This document shows, piece by piece, positions 18,633 to 28,523 of a stretch of 64,000 bases of DNA. The translations under genes and the position numbers were made by a program. Source of the stretch: Acidobacteriota bacterium (lineage in GTDB: Bacteria > Acidobacteriota > UBA6911 > RPQK01 > CBDAPI01); the NCBI GenBank assembly GCA_965214465.1, contig CBDCBX010000021.1, positions 943,197-1,007,196 of the forward strand, in the 5' to 3' direction. The notes beneath the pieces were generated by a model that saw only the letters and a list, made by a program, of their open reading frames with translations, was not told the origin of the DNA and searched no databases. Within the stretch, counting starts at the first letter, position 1; each line of letters begins with the position of its first letter.

Positions 18633-19343
18633 GTGGTCCGATCCCCATCGGATCGCCGCATGGAAGCGGCTGCCACCCTGAGTCTCCGTCAATTTCCGGA
18701 TTCGTTCGAGCTGCATTGCCCCCGGTGCTCTCCTCACACTCCTTGCTTACGAATGTGGTCTGGATCACGTCGGGTTTCCAGCAATACCCCCGATAATGGG
18801 CGCTATCGAAGCAGAGAGGGTCTGCAGATGCTTGAATCCCGAGGCCCATCAAACGCTCGCAGAAGTGGAAGGATGAGGATGATCGATCGGAAACTGCTTC
18901 TTCGGCTGGCAGTCTACCTGCAGCGCGAGGAGGGAAGCGTAACGCTGGGGCAGTTCAACCCGAACCGAGACTTCCAGCTTGCTAACAGCCGCATCACTTC
19001 GCTTGTTCTGCTGGCCTCAGCCCTGATCGTCCTCTTGGGACTCGCTCTGAATATGTTGACAGGACAGCCCATGCCGGTTCCGGTAGCGATAGACGCATCA
19101 CCTTTTGCCACTGTGAAAATCCAGGATGCCGACCAGGCGATCGTCTTGAGCGGGGAGACTCCTCTTGTCGCCCCCCTGCCTCCAGGAGACTACTCGATCC
19201 AGTTCACTTACGGATCGCGTACGGTGACAAAGCTCATTCAGGTAAGCCATCGCGGGGCCCCCGGGGTTCGACACGAATTCTTTGATAGTGAAGATATTGA
19301 GGCTCTGGTTGGACGCTTCCTTGGCGATGGAGTTCAGCGCTGA
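18633..19343 (+). CDS. Hypothetical protein with a single TM anchor
   Basis: Long ORF with one hydrophobic segment (ITSLVLLASALIVLLGLAL). The start codon is uncertain. No known motif. Confidence 0.3.
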   Translation: MVRSPSDRRMEAAATLSLRQFPDSFELHCPRCSPHTPCLRMWSGSRRVSSNTPDNGRYRSREGLQMLESRGPSNARRSGRMRMIDRKLLLRLAVYLQREEGSVTLGQFNPNRDFQLANSRITSLVLLASALIVLLGLALNMLTGQPMPVPVAIDASPFATVKIQDADQAIVLSGETPLVAPLPPGDYSIQFTYGSRTVTKLIQVSHRGAPGVRHEFFDSEDIEALVGRFLGDGVQR

Positions 19344-20689
19344 TGTTCAAAGAGCCGGCCATGGAAACCCTGATTCTGATCGCGGCTCTGTCCATCAGCA
19401 TGGTGATGCCCCTGCAGTCGACCAGAAAGTCTCCAGAAGAGTGCAGCATAGAAGTCCTGGAGCAGGCCCGTCGTGCCTTCAGGGCCGACGACTTGAGTCA
19501 GGCCGAGAGACTGGCAGAGTCGATTGTCGGCTGTCCCGAAGAGCTGGGAAAGGAAGCGGCCCAGATGTTGACTGCAGTGACGGGCAGGAGAGAAAACGAC
19601 CGCCTCTGGCAGCACGCCCAGGTGCTGATCCAAAGGGAGAGATTCGAACAAGCCTGCCAGCTGCTTCATGAGATCCACGGGACTGCACCCAATTTCCCCA
19701 ACCTCCAGGTAGCCCACCAGCAGGCGGGCTGTGATTCCGATCCTGGGCAACTCCAGAGAGAGTTGGATCGGGTTGATGAACTGGTTGAAACGGGAAACTG
19801 GCAAGAGGCTCGCCAGATACTCGCCACCGTGCTGGAGAAGCATTCAGGTGAGAGGAAGGCACGGGAAAAGCTGAAGGCTGTGGATTCTGAGATCAAGAAA
19901 GAGCGCTCGAGGACCGCCGCTCTTCACTTCGAAGCTGCGGTCCGACTTCTAGAACGGGGTGACGCCGCAGGCGCGAAGAGCCGTTTACAGGAAGTGTTCA
20001 AGTCGGCAGGTGACCACCCCCAATCCCGGGCACTGCTCCTGAAATTGGAGACCCAACTCAAGGAGCAGGAGAATACCCGGACGGCCGGTCGTCTTTCCAT
20101 CCAGGCCCGCGAACTTCTGGATGATGGAACTTTCGGCGAAGCTCTGGAAACGGTTGAGAAAGCCATCGCTCTTCAGGGCGCAGAGCCTCTTCTCATGGAA
20201 CTGCGGCGAACCATCGAAGTCGCCCGAATCTCCCATGAGGCCAGGGAACTCCTCGATGCTGGAGAGTCTTCGGAGGCACGGCTCAAGGTGGAGGAAGCTC
20301 TTTCGTTGCAGAGCTCTGGCCCCCTCCTGATCGAACTGCAGGACTCCCTTGAAAGAGAGCGGCAGATGACCCTGCTCAGACTTGCTGTTCGGAGCTACTA
20401 CTCGGGAGAGTATGCAGAATCGACCGCTCAGCTCAAGGGCTACCTGGAGGAGAAGCCCCAGCCTCCATTTGCATCATTTGCTTACTTCTACCTGGGCGCT
20501 TCGCTGGCCTCCTCGTCACTTCTGTCAGTCAACGCTCCGGCTCAGGGCCTGGATACTGCCAGAGAGCACTTCAGGACGGGCCGCCACATCGACCCCAACT
20601 TCAGCCCTCCGCTGGAGTCGGTGTCGCCGCTCATCCAGTCTCTCTTTTCCCAGGCTATAGTCGAAGACAGAGTAGGGGCTCGAGAATGA
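19343..20689 (+). CDS. Secreted alpha-helical repeat protein (TPR-like), hypothetical
   Basis: N-terminal hydrophobic segment. Long helical Ala/Glu/Leu/Arg-rich repeats. The stop overlaps the next gene (ATGA at 20686). Confidence 0.45.
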   Translation: MFKEPAMETLILIAALSISMVMPLQSTRKSPEECSIEVLEQARRAFRADDLSQAERLAESIVGCPEELGKEAAQMLTAVTGRRENDRLWQHAQVLIQRERFEQACQLLHEIHGTAPNFPNLQVAHQQAGCDSDPGQLQRELDRVDELVETGNWQEARQILATVLEKHSGERKAREKLKAVDSEIKKERSRTAALHFEAAVRLLERGDAAGAKSRLQEVFKSAGDHPQSRALLLKLETQLKEQENTRTAGRLSIQARELLDDGTFGEALETVEKAIALQGAEPLLMELRRTIEVARISHEARELLDAGESSEARLKVEEALSLQSSGPLLIELQDSLERERQMTLLRLAVRSYYSGEYAESTAQLKGYLEEKPQPPFASFAYFYLGASLASSSLLSVNAPAQGLDTAREHFRTGRHIDPNFSPPLESVSPLIQSLFSQAIVEDRVGARE

Positions 20690-22860
20690 AACATCGGTAT
20701 GCAAGGATGAACCAGCTTGTGCGATCCTGGATTCTCTTCGGGGCACTCGCGTCGATCCTGTCGGTGGGAGTCTTCGGAACAGGTCTGGCAAAAGGGTCCG
20801 GTCAACTGGGCAGCCTGTCTGAAAAAAAACTCTACGAAGAAGCTGAGAGGGCCCTGGCGACGGGCCAAAAAGATCGGGCCTACGAAGCCTTGGGACTGGC
20901 GCTGGAGAAAAGAAACGCAGGACGTAAGCAACCCAGGCCGCACAAGAAATACACTCCTCTCCAGCTTCAACTGGGCCGCGAGCTTGCCGATCGGGAAGCG
21001 GCTCTGGGCGTCGAAGGTTGCAATGCCATGGACCTCAAAGCCTGTGAGGCGTGGCTCTCGTCTGCGCAGAAATTTGCCTCGACTGCGAAGGTTCGGGAAC
21101 TCGCGGCACTCCTGAAGGAGAAACATTCTACTTTGAAGGGAGACTTCTCTTCCGCTGTGGCAGTGGCTGAGACGGGAGGCGAAGAGGCAGCCTTGAAGGA
21201 ATTGCGCTCTCTGGCTCCCTATTCCGCATATCTGCCGGCTCTGGACGACGAGATTCTCCGGATCGAGAGAGCCTATGCGGATAGTCTCATCCGGGACGGC
21301 CTGAAGCTCCTCGATTTCAAGAACTGGGGAAGGGCCGAAGACCTGTTTCGACGTGCTGATGCCCTGGGCAGGGACGACCCGCGTATCGCGGCGGCTCTGG
21401 ACCGCGTCGAGCGGGGACGACAGGCCTATGAACTGGCGGCAAGAGCCGAAAGTGAGGCCACAGAGGGGTTCTTCGAGGCGGCGATGAGTACGATCCGGGG
21501 GGCGATCGGGAGTTATCCGGAGGGTAGAGATCTAGAGGCGATCAAGGAGACAATAGCCAACCTCTGGGTGGATCATCTTGCTTCAAGAGTGGAGTTCTTC
21601 TCACGGAATCGAGATAGCTTCACCGACGCGAAAAACATGGTGAATACCCTGGACAAAATCAGGCAGCTGAACCCTGATCACCCGGTTCTTTCGAACCGGG
21701 AGCGGGGCGCGGCGGAGAATTTCGGTTCTTCCGCGCTGCAGAGGGCCATGGCCCTGACCGAATTCGGTGATCCGGCTTTCATCGGAACCGCCTTCATCCT
21801 GTTAATGAGCGCCGAGTCAAGACTGGGTCCGGCCATTGTTCTGCCCAGCCAGGTGAAGGACGCCGGCAGTCTCTTCAATCGTAAGCGGGCCTCCCAGCTG
21901 ATTCTGTCGGTGCAAGATCTGACCGGCACTCCCCGCACCTTCGCCGACGCGGTATCCGCACGCCTGCGGCACACGTCCGAAAGCCTGGGCCTGCCGGACT
22001 TGCGGATCAGAACCAAGGAGAGCTACCAGGTTTCAACCGACGAAGATCCCGAGTTCCAGGACTTCAGGCCTGACGGGAGGTCTCCGACAGCCCTCTTAGC
22101 GGTGGGAATTCGAAAGCATCTGTCCGAGCGCTGGTCGTCCGAGACTCCGGAACGGGTCCAGTCGAAGTTCATCTCCGGCACCCAGGAGATTTCCAATCCC
22201 GAGTACGAAGCCAAGCGATCTGAACTCGAGGACATCGTCGGGCAGATGGAACGTACCAAAGACGACAAGAAACTGTCTTCTTTGGCTCGGCAGAAAGATC
22301 TGGCTGAAACGGTTCTGGCAACCATCTCGAGAACCAAGCAGGTGCCCAGTCAGGCTGACTACACGTATTTGAAAATCAACCATCGGCAGCAGACCCGAGT
22401 GGAACTCCTGTTGACTCTGCGCGACTTCTTCACCAAGAGCCAGATCGAAAGTCAGGAAATCGTCTTCTTCGAGGTGAAGGAAGACAGCCAGCTCGATGGA
22501 GTTCGGGAATCAGACATCTCCCTGGTCCAAAACGAGCCTGTTCGCCTGCCTTCTCCCGAGCAGATGCTCGCCAGAGCGCAGAGAGAAGTCCTGGATTCTC
22601 TGGAAGAGAAGATCAAGGAAAGCCTGCCCGCCTATATTCACCGCTTCTATCGCGAGGGAATGCGCCTCCACGAAGCCGGTCGACGGACCGAGGCGACAGA
22701 ACTCTTTGTTTGCCACTGGGCCTTCCTGCGGGGACGGCTCCCGGCAGCTCAGCGGGAAGTCGTCTTTGGGGTCGTCAAGGAAGAAACCGCCTTCGACCTG
22801 GCTCGGGATGGCCAGGCCTTCCTGTCGGCACTTGATCGGGTGGCCCCCGTCGTCTGGTGA
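20686..22860 (+). CDS. Large secreted helical protein, hypothetical (724 aa)
   Basis: Signal-like N-terminus (WILFGALASILSVGVFGTGLA). No catalytic motif recognised. Translationally coupled to the upstream gene. Confidence 0.45.
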   Translation: MKHRYARMNQLVRSWILFGALASILSVGVFGTGLAKGSGQLGSLSEKKLYEEAERALATGQKDRAYEALGLALEKRNAGRKQPRPHKKYTPLQLQLGRELADREAALGVEGCNAMDLKACEAWLSSAQKFASTAKVRELAALLKEKHSTLKGDFSSAVAVAETGGEEAALKELRSLAPYSAYLPALDDEILRIERAYADSLIRDGLKLLDFKNWGRAEDLFRRADALGRDDPRIAAALDRVERGRQAYELAARAESEATEGFFEAAMSTIRGAIGSYPEGRDLEAIKETIANLWVDHLASRVEFFSRNRDSFTDAKNMVNTLDKIRQLNPDHPVLSNRERGAAENFGSSALQRAMALTEFGDPAFIGTAFILLMSAESRLGPAIVLPSQVKDAGSLFNRKRASQLILSVQDLTGTPRTFADAVSARLRHTSESLGLPDLRIRTKESYQVSTDEDPEFQDFRPDGRSPTALLAVGIRKHLSERWSSETPERVQSKFISGTQEISNPEYEAKRSELEDIVGQMERTKDDKKLSSLARQKDLAETVLATISRTKQVPSQADYTYLKINHRQQTRVELLLTLRDFFTKSQIESQEIVFFEVKEDSQLDGVRESDISLVQNEPVRLPSPEQMLARAQREVLDSLEEKIKESLPAYIHRFYREGMRLHEAGRRTEATELFVCHWAFLRGRLPAAQREVVFGVVKEETAFDLARDGQAFLSALDRVAPVVW

Positions 22861-22903
22861 TTTGCTGCTAAGCTGTCCCGCAGCAGCCAGGGTGGAATGC
22901 TGG

Positions 22904-23299
22904 ATGGGAGCCAGACTGACTCCGCAACAACTGGATCAGATCGTTCGGGAGTACTTTGGACCCGGCGGCGCGGGCGAGTGCCCGTTTTGTCCGAGTTGCG
23001 GAGAAGACCTCGAGATTGAGTCCTCCGCGGTAGCGGGCTTCGGCCTCCAGCTTCGGATCAACTGCCAGGATTGCGAGGTTCTCGCCACCTGGGTTCAGCC
23101 TCAGCCGGTCCGGGACTGGAAGACGCTCCACCTCGATTACTTCGCGGAGTGCTACCTGTTGGAGGAGACGATCCGCTGCCCTTATGATGATTGTTATGTG
23201 ACCTGGGCCGAGTTCAGTGACAGGGTCGTCCAGTTCAACTGTCCTTACTGTAATCGCCGCGGGCGGATCATCGTGACTCCAACGCCTGAGGTCCAGTGA
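22904..23299 (+). CDS. Cys-rich zinc-ribbon protein (two CxxC pairs, twice)
   Basis: CPFCPSC...CQDC and CPYDDC...CPYC arrangements. The start was chosen at the ATG at 22904 rather than the ORF-track 22496. Confidence 0.45.
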   Translation: MGARLTPQQLDQIVREYFGPGGAGECPFCPSCGEDLEIESSAVAGFGLQLRINCQDCEVLATWVQPQPVRDWKTLHLDYFAECYLLEETIRCPYDDCYVTWAEFSDRVVQFNCPYCNRRGRIIVTPTPEVQ

Positions 23300-23365
23300 G
23301 TTGGTGGGCCCTGTGAGACGATAGTATGATTGGCCTTTAACGAGCCCTGTAAGTAGGAAAGAAGC

Positions 23366-24622
23366 ATGCGCGAAACCAGTCTTGTTCTTCTCTTCATTTC
23401 TTTTCTGGTGTCTCCTGCAGTGGGCGGAAACTGGCCCCAGTGGCGCGGTCCCCAGCAGACTGGAACCAGCCCCGAAAAGGACCTTCCGCTGCGCTGGGGT
23501 CATGCAGAAAACATCGAATGGAAGATCGAGATGCCTGGCCGCAGCGGTGCTACCCCGATTATTTGGGGTGATTACATCTTCCTCAATGTGGCCGAGGACG
23601 ATTCTCTCTCCCTCTGGTGTCTGAATCGCAACAGCGGCGAGAAACTCTGGACCCGGTGGCTGTCGGATGGAAATTACTTCAAACAGAAACACAATATGTC
23701 TTCGCCCTCGCCGGTGACGGACGGCCGTCATGTGTGGGTCTTGACCGGTACCGGTGCACTCAGGGCCTACGACTTTCAAGGTCAAGAGCTGTGGCACAGA
23801 GAACTGCAGAAAGAGTACGGTGCTTTCGGCCTCAACCATGGTTATGCGTCTTCCCCGCTTCTTCATCAGGGTCGACTTTTCGTGCAGGTGTTGCACGGTA
23901 TGACCACCGACGACCCTTCCTACGTGATGGCCATAGACTCGCTCACCGGGAACAACCTGTGGCGCGTCGAAAGGCCCACTGATGCCCTCAAGGAGTCCCC
24001 TGACTCCTACACGACACCTGCCGTTTTAGAGTTCGCGGACGGTTTTCAAATCGTCATCAGCGGGGGAGACTATGTGACTGGACATGATCCTGACACGGGT
24101 GGAGAGACCTGGCGGGTCAGCGGTCTCAACCCGGCTCGGGACCATTGGTACCGGATTGTCGCATCCCCCCTGGTACACGATGACATGATCTATGTCGCAT
24201 CCCGGGTGAAGCCCTTCCTGGCCCTGCGAGCCCGGGGTCCAGGGAACGTGGAGACGGTCTGGTCCACCGACCAGGGGCCTGATGTACCCAGTCCTGTCCA
24301 CGACGGAAAACGCCTGTATATCGTTCGGGATAAAGGAATCATGTGGTGCCTGGACGGGCAGTCGGGAAAAGTCGTCTGGGGGCCCGAACGACTGCGCCCC
24401 GGAACCTACAGCTCATCTCCGGTGCTGGCCGACAATCGAATCTACGTCACCAACAAAGATGGTGTGACTTCCGTGGTGGAGGCGTCTGATCGCTTTCGGA
24501 CCGTGGCCGTGAATGAACTGGAAGGCTACACCCTTTCGTCTCCTGCCATCTCAGGGGGTCAGATCTTTATCCGGACAGCAGAGTTCTTCTACTGCATCGG
24601 CAAGCAACACTCTTCTGATTGA
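23366..24622 (+). CDS. PQQ-like beta-propeller repeat protein (BamB-like fold), secreted
   Basis: Signal peptide. The N-terminus matches PQQ-repeat propellers (NWPQWRGPQQTG, LWCLNRNSGEKLW). Repeated W-x-x-x-x-G blades. Confidence 0.7.
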   Translation: MRETSLVLLFISFLVSPAVGGNWPQWRGPQQTGTSPEKDLPLRWGHAENIEWKIEMPGRSGATPIIWGDYIFLNVAEDDSLSLWCLNRNSGEKLWTRWLSDGNYFKQKHNMSSPSPVTDGRHVWVLTGTGALRAYDFQGQELWHRELQKEYGAFGLNHGYASSPLLHQGRLFVQVLHGMTTDDPSYVMAIDSLTGNNLWRVERPTDALKESPDSYTTPAVLEFADGFQIVISGGDYVTGHDPDTGGETWRVSGLNPARDHWYRIVASPLVHDDMIYVASRVKPFLALRARGPGNVETVWSTDQGPDVPSPVHDGKRLYIVRDKGIMWCLDGQSGKVVWGPERLRPGTYSSSPVLADNRIYVTNKDGVTSVVEASDRFRTVAVNELEGYTLSSPAISGGQIFIRTAEFFYCIGKQHSSD

Positions 24623-24737
24623 GACTCTCGGGAACTGCCCACGGTCCCATGTCTCAAAAAACTACACCGCCCTGCCTGGCTGTATCGATTCTGGACAAAC
24701 TCCGCTCCCGATAACCCCGGATATTCAGCTCCTAAGT

Positions 24738-24766
24738 GGGATGGGTGCTGGGTGCTGGGTGCTGGG
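24738..24766 (+). repeat. (GGGTGCT)3 heptamer repeat matching the G-quadruplex consensus
   Basis: GGGATGGGTGCTGGGTGCTGGGTGCTGGG: five G3 tracts with 3-4 nt loops, in the gap between convergent genes. Confidence 0.6.
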
Positions 24767-24863
24767 TACCACGGCGCCACACTGTCACACCCCCGGACGT
24801 GGGAGGACGCTCTGTGGTCCGATCAGATCTGACGAGTGACAACGAGAAAACCAGGAGCGAGGA

Positions 24864-24947
24864 ACAAAAAAGGAGGCCCACCGCACCTGGCAGCCGATTC
24901 GGTGCGGCGAGCCTCCCGGGGAGGCGGCGGCAGGAAAAGACCGCCGC
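24864..24947 (-). terminator. Rho-independent terminator candidate for the OmpA-family gene, with two hairpins
   Basis: On the minus strand, a 9-bp GC stem (AGGCGGCGG/CCGCCGCCT) sits directly after the stop. A second imperfect ~13-bp stem (GGAGGCTCGCCGCACC...GGTGCGGTGGGCCTCC) follows, then TTTTTTTGTT. Confidence 0.5.
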
Positions 24948-25922
24948 CTAATTCATGGCGAGTTCAGCCATAGCAAGATTGAGAAGCACTTGGACTTCTG
25001 CGCGCCGATTGGCCTGGCGTCCTTCAATAGTGGAATTGTCGGCCACTGCCATGACCTCACCGAAACCGTGAGGTCGCACAAACCAGCGCAGCGGAACCGA
25101 GTGCTCTTCAGCCAGGTATTGGATCACCGACTCGGCCCTGCGACGGCTCAGGTGGCGATTGAAGTCGATGGGACCGTCGGAGGAGGCGAAGCCGGTCACC
25201 TGAAAGAGAATCCCCTGGCGGCGCTCGGCAGCAGAGACCAGAAGCTCGTCAAGCTGCATCCGAGCCTCTCCATCCAGTTCGACGCTCGCCACCTGGAACT
25301 GGACTGTGATGGACTCCACCACACGATAGTCATCGAGATTCGAGAGTTGACCCTCGAGGTACCCCACTTTCCGCGAATTCTGGTCAGCCTGGAGCCTGGT
25401 CTTCTGAAGATCCGTCATGACTTGACCCAGACGCTTGCCAGTGTCCCTGGCATCCTTGCGGATTCGCGCGGAGGTACCGGTCAGCTCTTCGACCTGGCCG
25501 CCGAGCTGGATCATATTCTGCTCCATCCCTCCCAGTTGAGCGTCAAACTGGGAGGCCCTCGCTTCAACCGTAGAGGCGACTTTCAAATCGATATGCTTCA
25601 TTTTGATCGACCTGGCTGTGACCAAACCCGACTGATCCTCCCGTCCTCGAACCCGGACTAGCAGACCTCGCATCAGATCTGAAGGCCGATAGATGCGGGG
25701 GTAACGAAGGAAGTTCTTGGTTTGCTCTTGAATCTGAGTCCCTGGCTCGAGCCGCACGACGAACTGGTGGCCCCTGAGATCGTCCACAATGATTCGGTGC
25801 GGCGTGTTGGAGAGTACGACCCCTTCGATTCGAACCTTCTTCCCAGCCTGCAGAAGAGAGACGCAGGTGATCAGGATTAATGTGAAGAGAAGCAGCATTG
25901 ATTTGCGGGAGTTCTTGTTCAT
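24948..25922 (-). CDS. OmpA-family protein (C-terminal OmpA/MotB peptidoglycan-binding domain)
   Basis: Strong SD (AAGGAGGAACCAAAATG). Signal peptide (MNKNSRKSMLLLFTLILITCVSLLQA). Coiled-coil middle region. OmpA_C motifs (FASSDGPIDFNRHLSRRRAESV...NRRAEV). Confidence 0.75.
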   Translation of the reverse strand: MNKNSRKSMLLLFTLILITCVSLLQAGKKVRIEGVVLSNTPHRIIVDDLRGHQFVVRLEPGTQIQEQTKNFLRYPRIYRPSDLMRGLLVRVRGREDQSGLVTARSIKMKHIDLKVASTVEARASQFDAQLGGMEQNMIQLGGQVEELTGTSARIRKDARDTGKRLGQVMTDLQKTRLQADQNSRKVGYLEGQLSNLDDYRVVESITVQFQVASVELDGEARMQLDELLVSAAERRQGILFQVTGFASSDGPIDFNRHLSRRRAESVIQYLAEEHSVPLRWFVRPHGFGEVMAVADNSTIEGRQANRRAEVQVLLNLAMAELAMN

Positions 25923-26311
25923 TTTGGTTCCTCCTTGAGGTTTCTTCGAACTCTGGTTTGGCGACCCGGTGTCCATCACCGGACCATCCGCTTGTCCAGC
26001 CCTAAAGCAAGTCTCGTTCCAATCTCCGGTAAACCAATTGAACTACATTTTAATCAACTACTTAGGAGGACTAATGACTGAAACCCTGCACCCACAGAAC
26101 AAGGAAATATTCCCCCTGTCAGGGAAAATTTCCCGGTCTCATCGGAAGTTCGGGCCTGTAGTTGGAGTCGATATCGCCAAATGCTATGATCTTGCGATTC
26201 GGCCCGGATCGAGGGCCAGAGAGTTGCGGAGACAAAGCCGTTGCGTTCGTCTTACAGGAGAGCAGCCCGAGGTGTTCAAGACCGGGTCACCGCACTGATG
26301 CACGAGAACCG

Positions 26312-27270
26312 ATGAGTTGGAGTGGAAACGGAAATCCCCAGGTGGTTGGCTCCTGGGGCAAGCAGGCTCACGGACCCGTTCTGGTCGTGGTCGGCGGCCT
26401 CCATGGTAACGAGTCGAGCGGAGTCATTGCCCTGACCCGGTTGCTGCAAGAGCTTGCAGCGGGGAATGGGGACGCCCGGGGAAGGCTGGTGGGTCTCAGA
26501 GGTAACTGCCAGGCCCTCGACCTTGGAGCGCGCTGGATCCATCAGGATCTGAATCGGCTCTCGACCGAGGAGCAGGTCGACTGGATTCGTTCCCACCCGG
26601 ATCCTTCCCAACTCGACGGTGAGAGGCGAGAGCAGGCTCGATTGCTGCAGATTGTTGAGCCCCTCCTGAGCACCACACCCGGTGGTCAGTTCTACCTGCT
26701 GGACCTGCACTCTACTTCCGGCCAGAGTGCGCCCTTCTCGATTGTGAACCATCAGCCCTCCAGCCGGCGACTGGGGGCTCGGTTTCCAGTTCCGATGGTG
26801 TTTGGGCTTTATGATGAGATCCACGGGACCCTGGTGAGCTATTTCGACTCGCGAGGCATTGCCGCTCTGTGTTTCGAGGGAGGTCAGCACGAATCGAAAG
26901 AGACGGTCCTTTTTCACCTCGCTATTCTGCGGCTGGCCCTGGTCTTCACCGGAATCTTGAAAAAGAAGACTGCACCCACTTTCGACAGTCGATGGAGATG
27001 CTGGAGCAGGCTTCCCGGGATCTGCCCCGGGCTCATCAGGTTCGCCACCGGCACCCGGTTCAGCCTCGCGACCAGTTCCGGATGGAACCCGATCTGGTCA
27101 ACTTTCAGTCGGTCAGGAAGAACCAGTTGCTGGCCCGCGACCAGAACGGGGAGATCCGATCCCCTCGCCCCGGACGAATCCTGATGCCCCTCTATCAGGC
27201 CCAGGGAGACGACGGGTTCTTCATCGTGGATCCCATCGAGAAAACCCCAGCCGACTCCCCGGCTTTCTGA
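26312..27270 (+). CDS. Succinylglutamate desuccinylase / aspartoacylase (AstE/AspA) family zinc hydrolase, frameshifted at an A5 run (26960-26964)
   Basis: GGLHGNE zinc-binding motif. The family-typical C-terminus (RILMPLYQAQGDDGFFIV) lies in ORF 26869..27270 in another frame. Adding one A to the A5 run fuses the two frames seamlessly. Confidence 0.6.
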
Positions 27271-27272
27271 TT

Positions 27273-27303
27273 CCAGAACCCAGAACCCCAGAACCCAGAA
27301 CCC
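27273..27303 (-). repeat. (GGGTTCT)4-type heptamer repeat (read on the minus strand) filling the gap between convergent stop codons
   Basis: Plus strand reads CCAGAACCCAGAACCCCAGAACCCAGAACCC. G-quadruplex consensus on the minus strand. Confidence 0.6.
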
Positions 27304-27308
27304 ATTCT

Positions 27309-28364
27309 TCAGTGATCCTGCTGATAGTGCTCGGCAATCCAGTCACGCCCAAAGTCGCTCTCATAATCGCGCCACACAGAGTGGACGTGATTGGCGTTGT
27401 TCTGAATGTTGTCGAACTCGATCAGAAAGGTTCTTCCGTGGACTCGATAATAGTGTGGGTGCCCCAGGCCCTTCTCCAGGCCTCCCATCCATGCGAAGTA
27501 GATCTCGTCGCCACTCTCCTGGACCCGCTTCACTCTGGCTTCAGCCAGGTCAGGGGGGACATTGTGGATATACTCCTCGATGAGAGCTTTCAGGAGGCCC
27601 TGCTGCTTCGAAGTCATCTCGGTTCTTTTCAGGCCCCTGGGGGGAACGCTGGAAAACTCCACGGCCCTGGCGTTGCTCGTGAAAATGTCACGGGGTGGCT
27701 CGGGAGCCAGAATAGCCTGCTCCCGCTGCTTCGCATCCAAAGAGTTGAGCAGGGTTCTGGCTTTGGCTTCTTCGTCGGCCAGGACACTCAGGCCTTTGCG
27801 TGGCCCGCTTGGCACGACATGGGGCTCGGAGCCGAAGAACATGGGTGTGGTGGCCCGGATGTGCCCCTTATCTACCGTGAAATGGAAGGAGATATGGTGA
27901 CCTTCGACCCTCCAGCCCCACAGTTTCTCAGTAGTCGGATCGCCGTAGATCGCAAAGTAGTAGAGATCCGGGTTGCGCAGTTGCAGGATCTCATCCCGAG
28001 CTCCCTCAGCCCGGTTTAGTTCCAGAACGAGTTGCTCCAGGCTCATGATGGTCTTGGCCTTGTAGTAGCCGGTGCGGCTCAAGCCGCTGGCCACCAGAGC
28101 ATCGGACAGCCGCACCTGATCCGGGGTCATCTGGTCGTACCGAACTCCGATGCGACTGCGCATGGGAATGAAGTGCCACTTCTCCCATTCCTCCTGGTCG
28201 AAGGGGAACACGGCCTGGTTGCGCTGCTCCCAGGTGAGCGCCGCCAGAAAGTTGCGGGCCGCCTGCACCATCAGCTCATCCGATTCGCTCGGATGGGCCC
28301 AACTGGTCCCGCTTGTGAGGTGAAAAACAACGAGCAACGTTGCGCTCAGGATGGCAGTTCTCAT
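27309..28364 (-). CDS. DUF3500-family secreted protein
   Basis: Signal peptide (MRTAILSATLLVVFHLTSGTSWA). A conserved His-rich C-terminal block characteristic of DUF3500 (GHPHYYRVHGRTFLIEFDNIQNNANHVHSVWRD). Confidence 0.55.
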   Translation of the reverse strand: MRTAILSATLLVVFHLTSGTSWAHPSESDELMVQAARNFLAALTWEQRNQAVFPFDQEEWEKWHFIPMRSRIGVRYDQMTPDQVRLSDALVASGLSRTGYYKAKTIMSLEQLVLELNRAEGARDEILQLRNPDLYYFAIYGDPTTEKLWGWRVEGHHISFHFTVDKGHIRATTPMFFGSEPHVVPSGPRKGLSVLADEEAKARTLLNSLDAKQREQAILAPEPPRDIFTSNARAVEFSSVPPRGLKRTEMTSKQQGLLKALIEEYIHNVPPDLAEARVKRVQESGDEIYFAWMGGLEKGLGHPHYYRVHGRTFLIEFDNIQNNANHVHSVWRDYESDFGRDWIAEHYQQDH

Positions 28365-28432
28365 GTCGAATCCTCCCTGGGTATGGTTAACGACGGGATC
28401 TTATGGAGCGGGACGGGGATTGTCAAAGAAAT

Positions 28433-28457
28433 GGGTTCTGGGTTCTGGGTTTGGGGG
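28433..28457 (+). repeat. (GGGTTCT)n G-quadruplex motif in the divergent promoter region
   Basis: GGGTTCTGGGTTCTGGGTTTGGGGG. It is the inverted partner of the repeat at 27273-27303. Confidence 0.6.
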
Positions 28458-28523
28458 TTGGAGTTCCCGGATTGCAGCTTCGGAGGGAACCGGCTAGAGT
28501 TAAGGCAGGCCCTTCACCGTACG

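Noticed and set aside
28032-28523. ORF-track start of the Rhs gene at 28032, overlapping the DUF3500 gene on the opposite strand
   Set aside because: The N-terminal 160 aa have no signal or domain character. A canonical signal peptide begins at the internal Met codons at 28524 or 28539. The upstream extension is most likely spurious.
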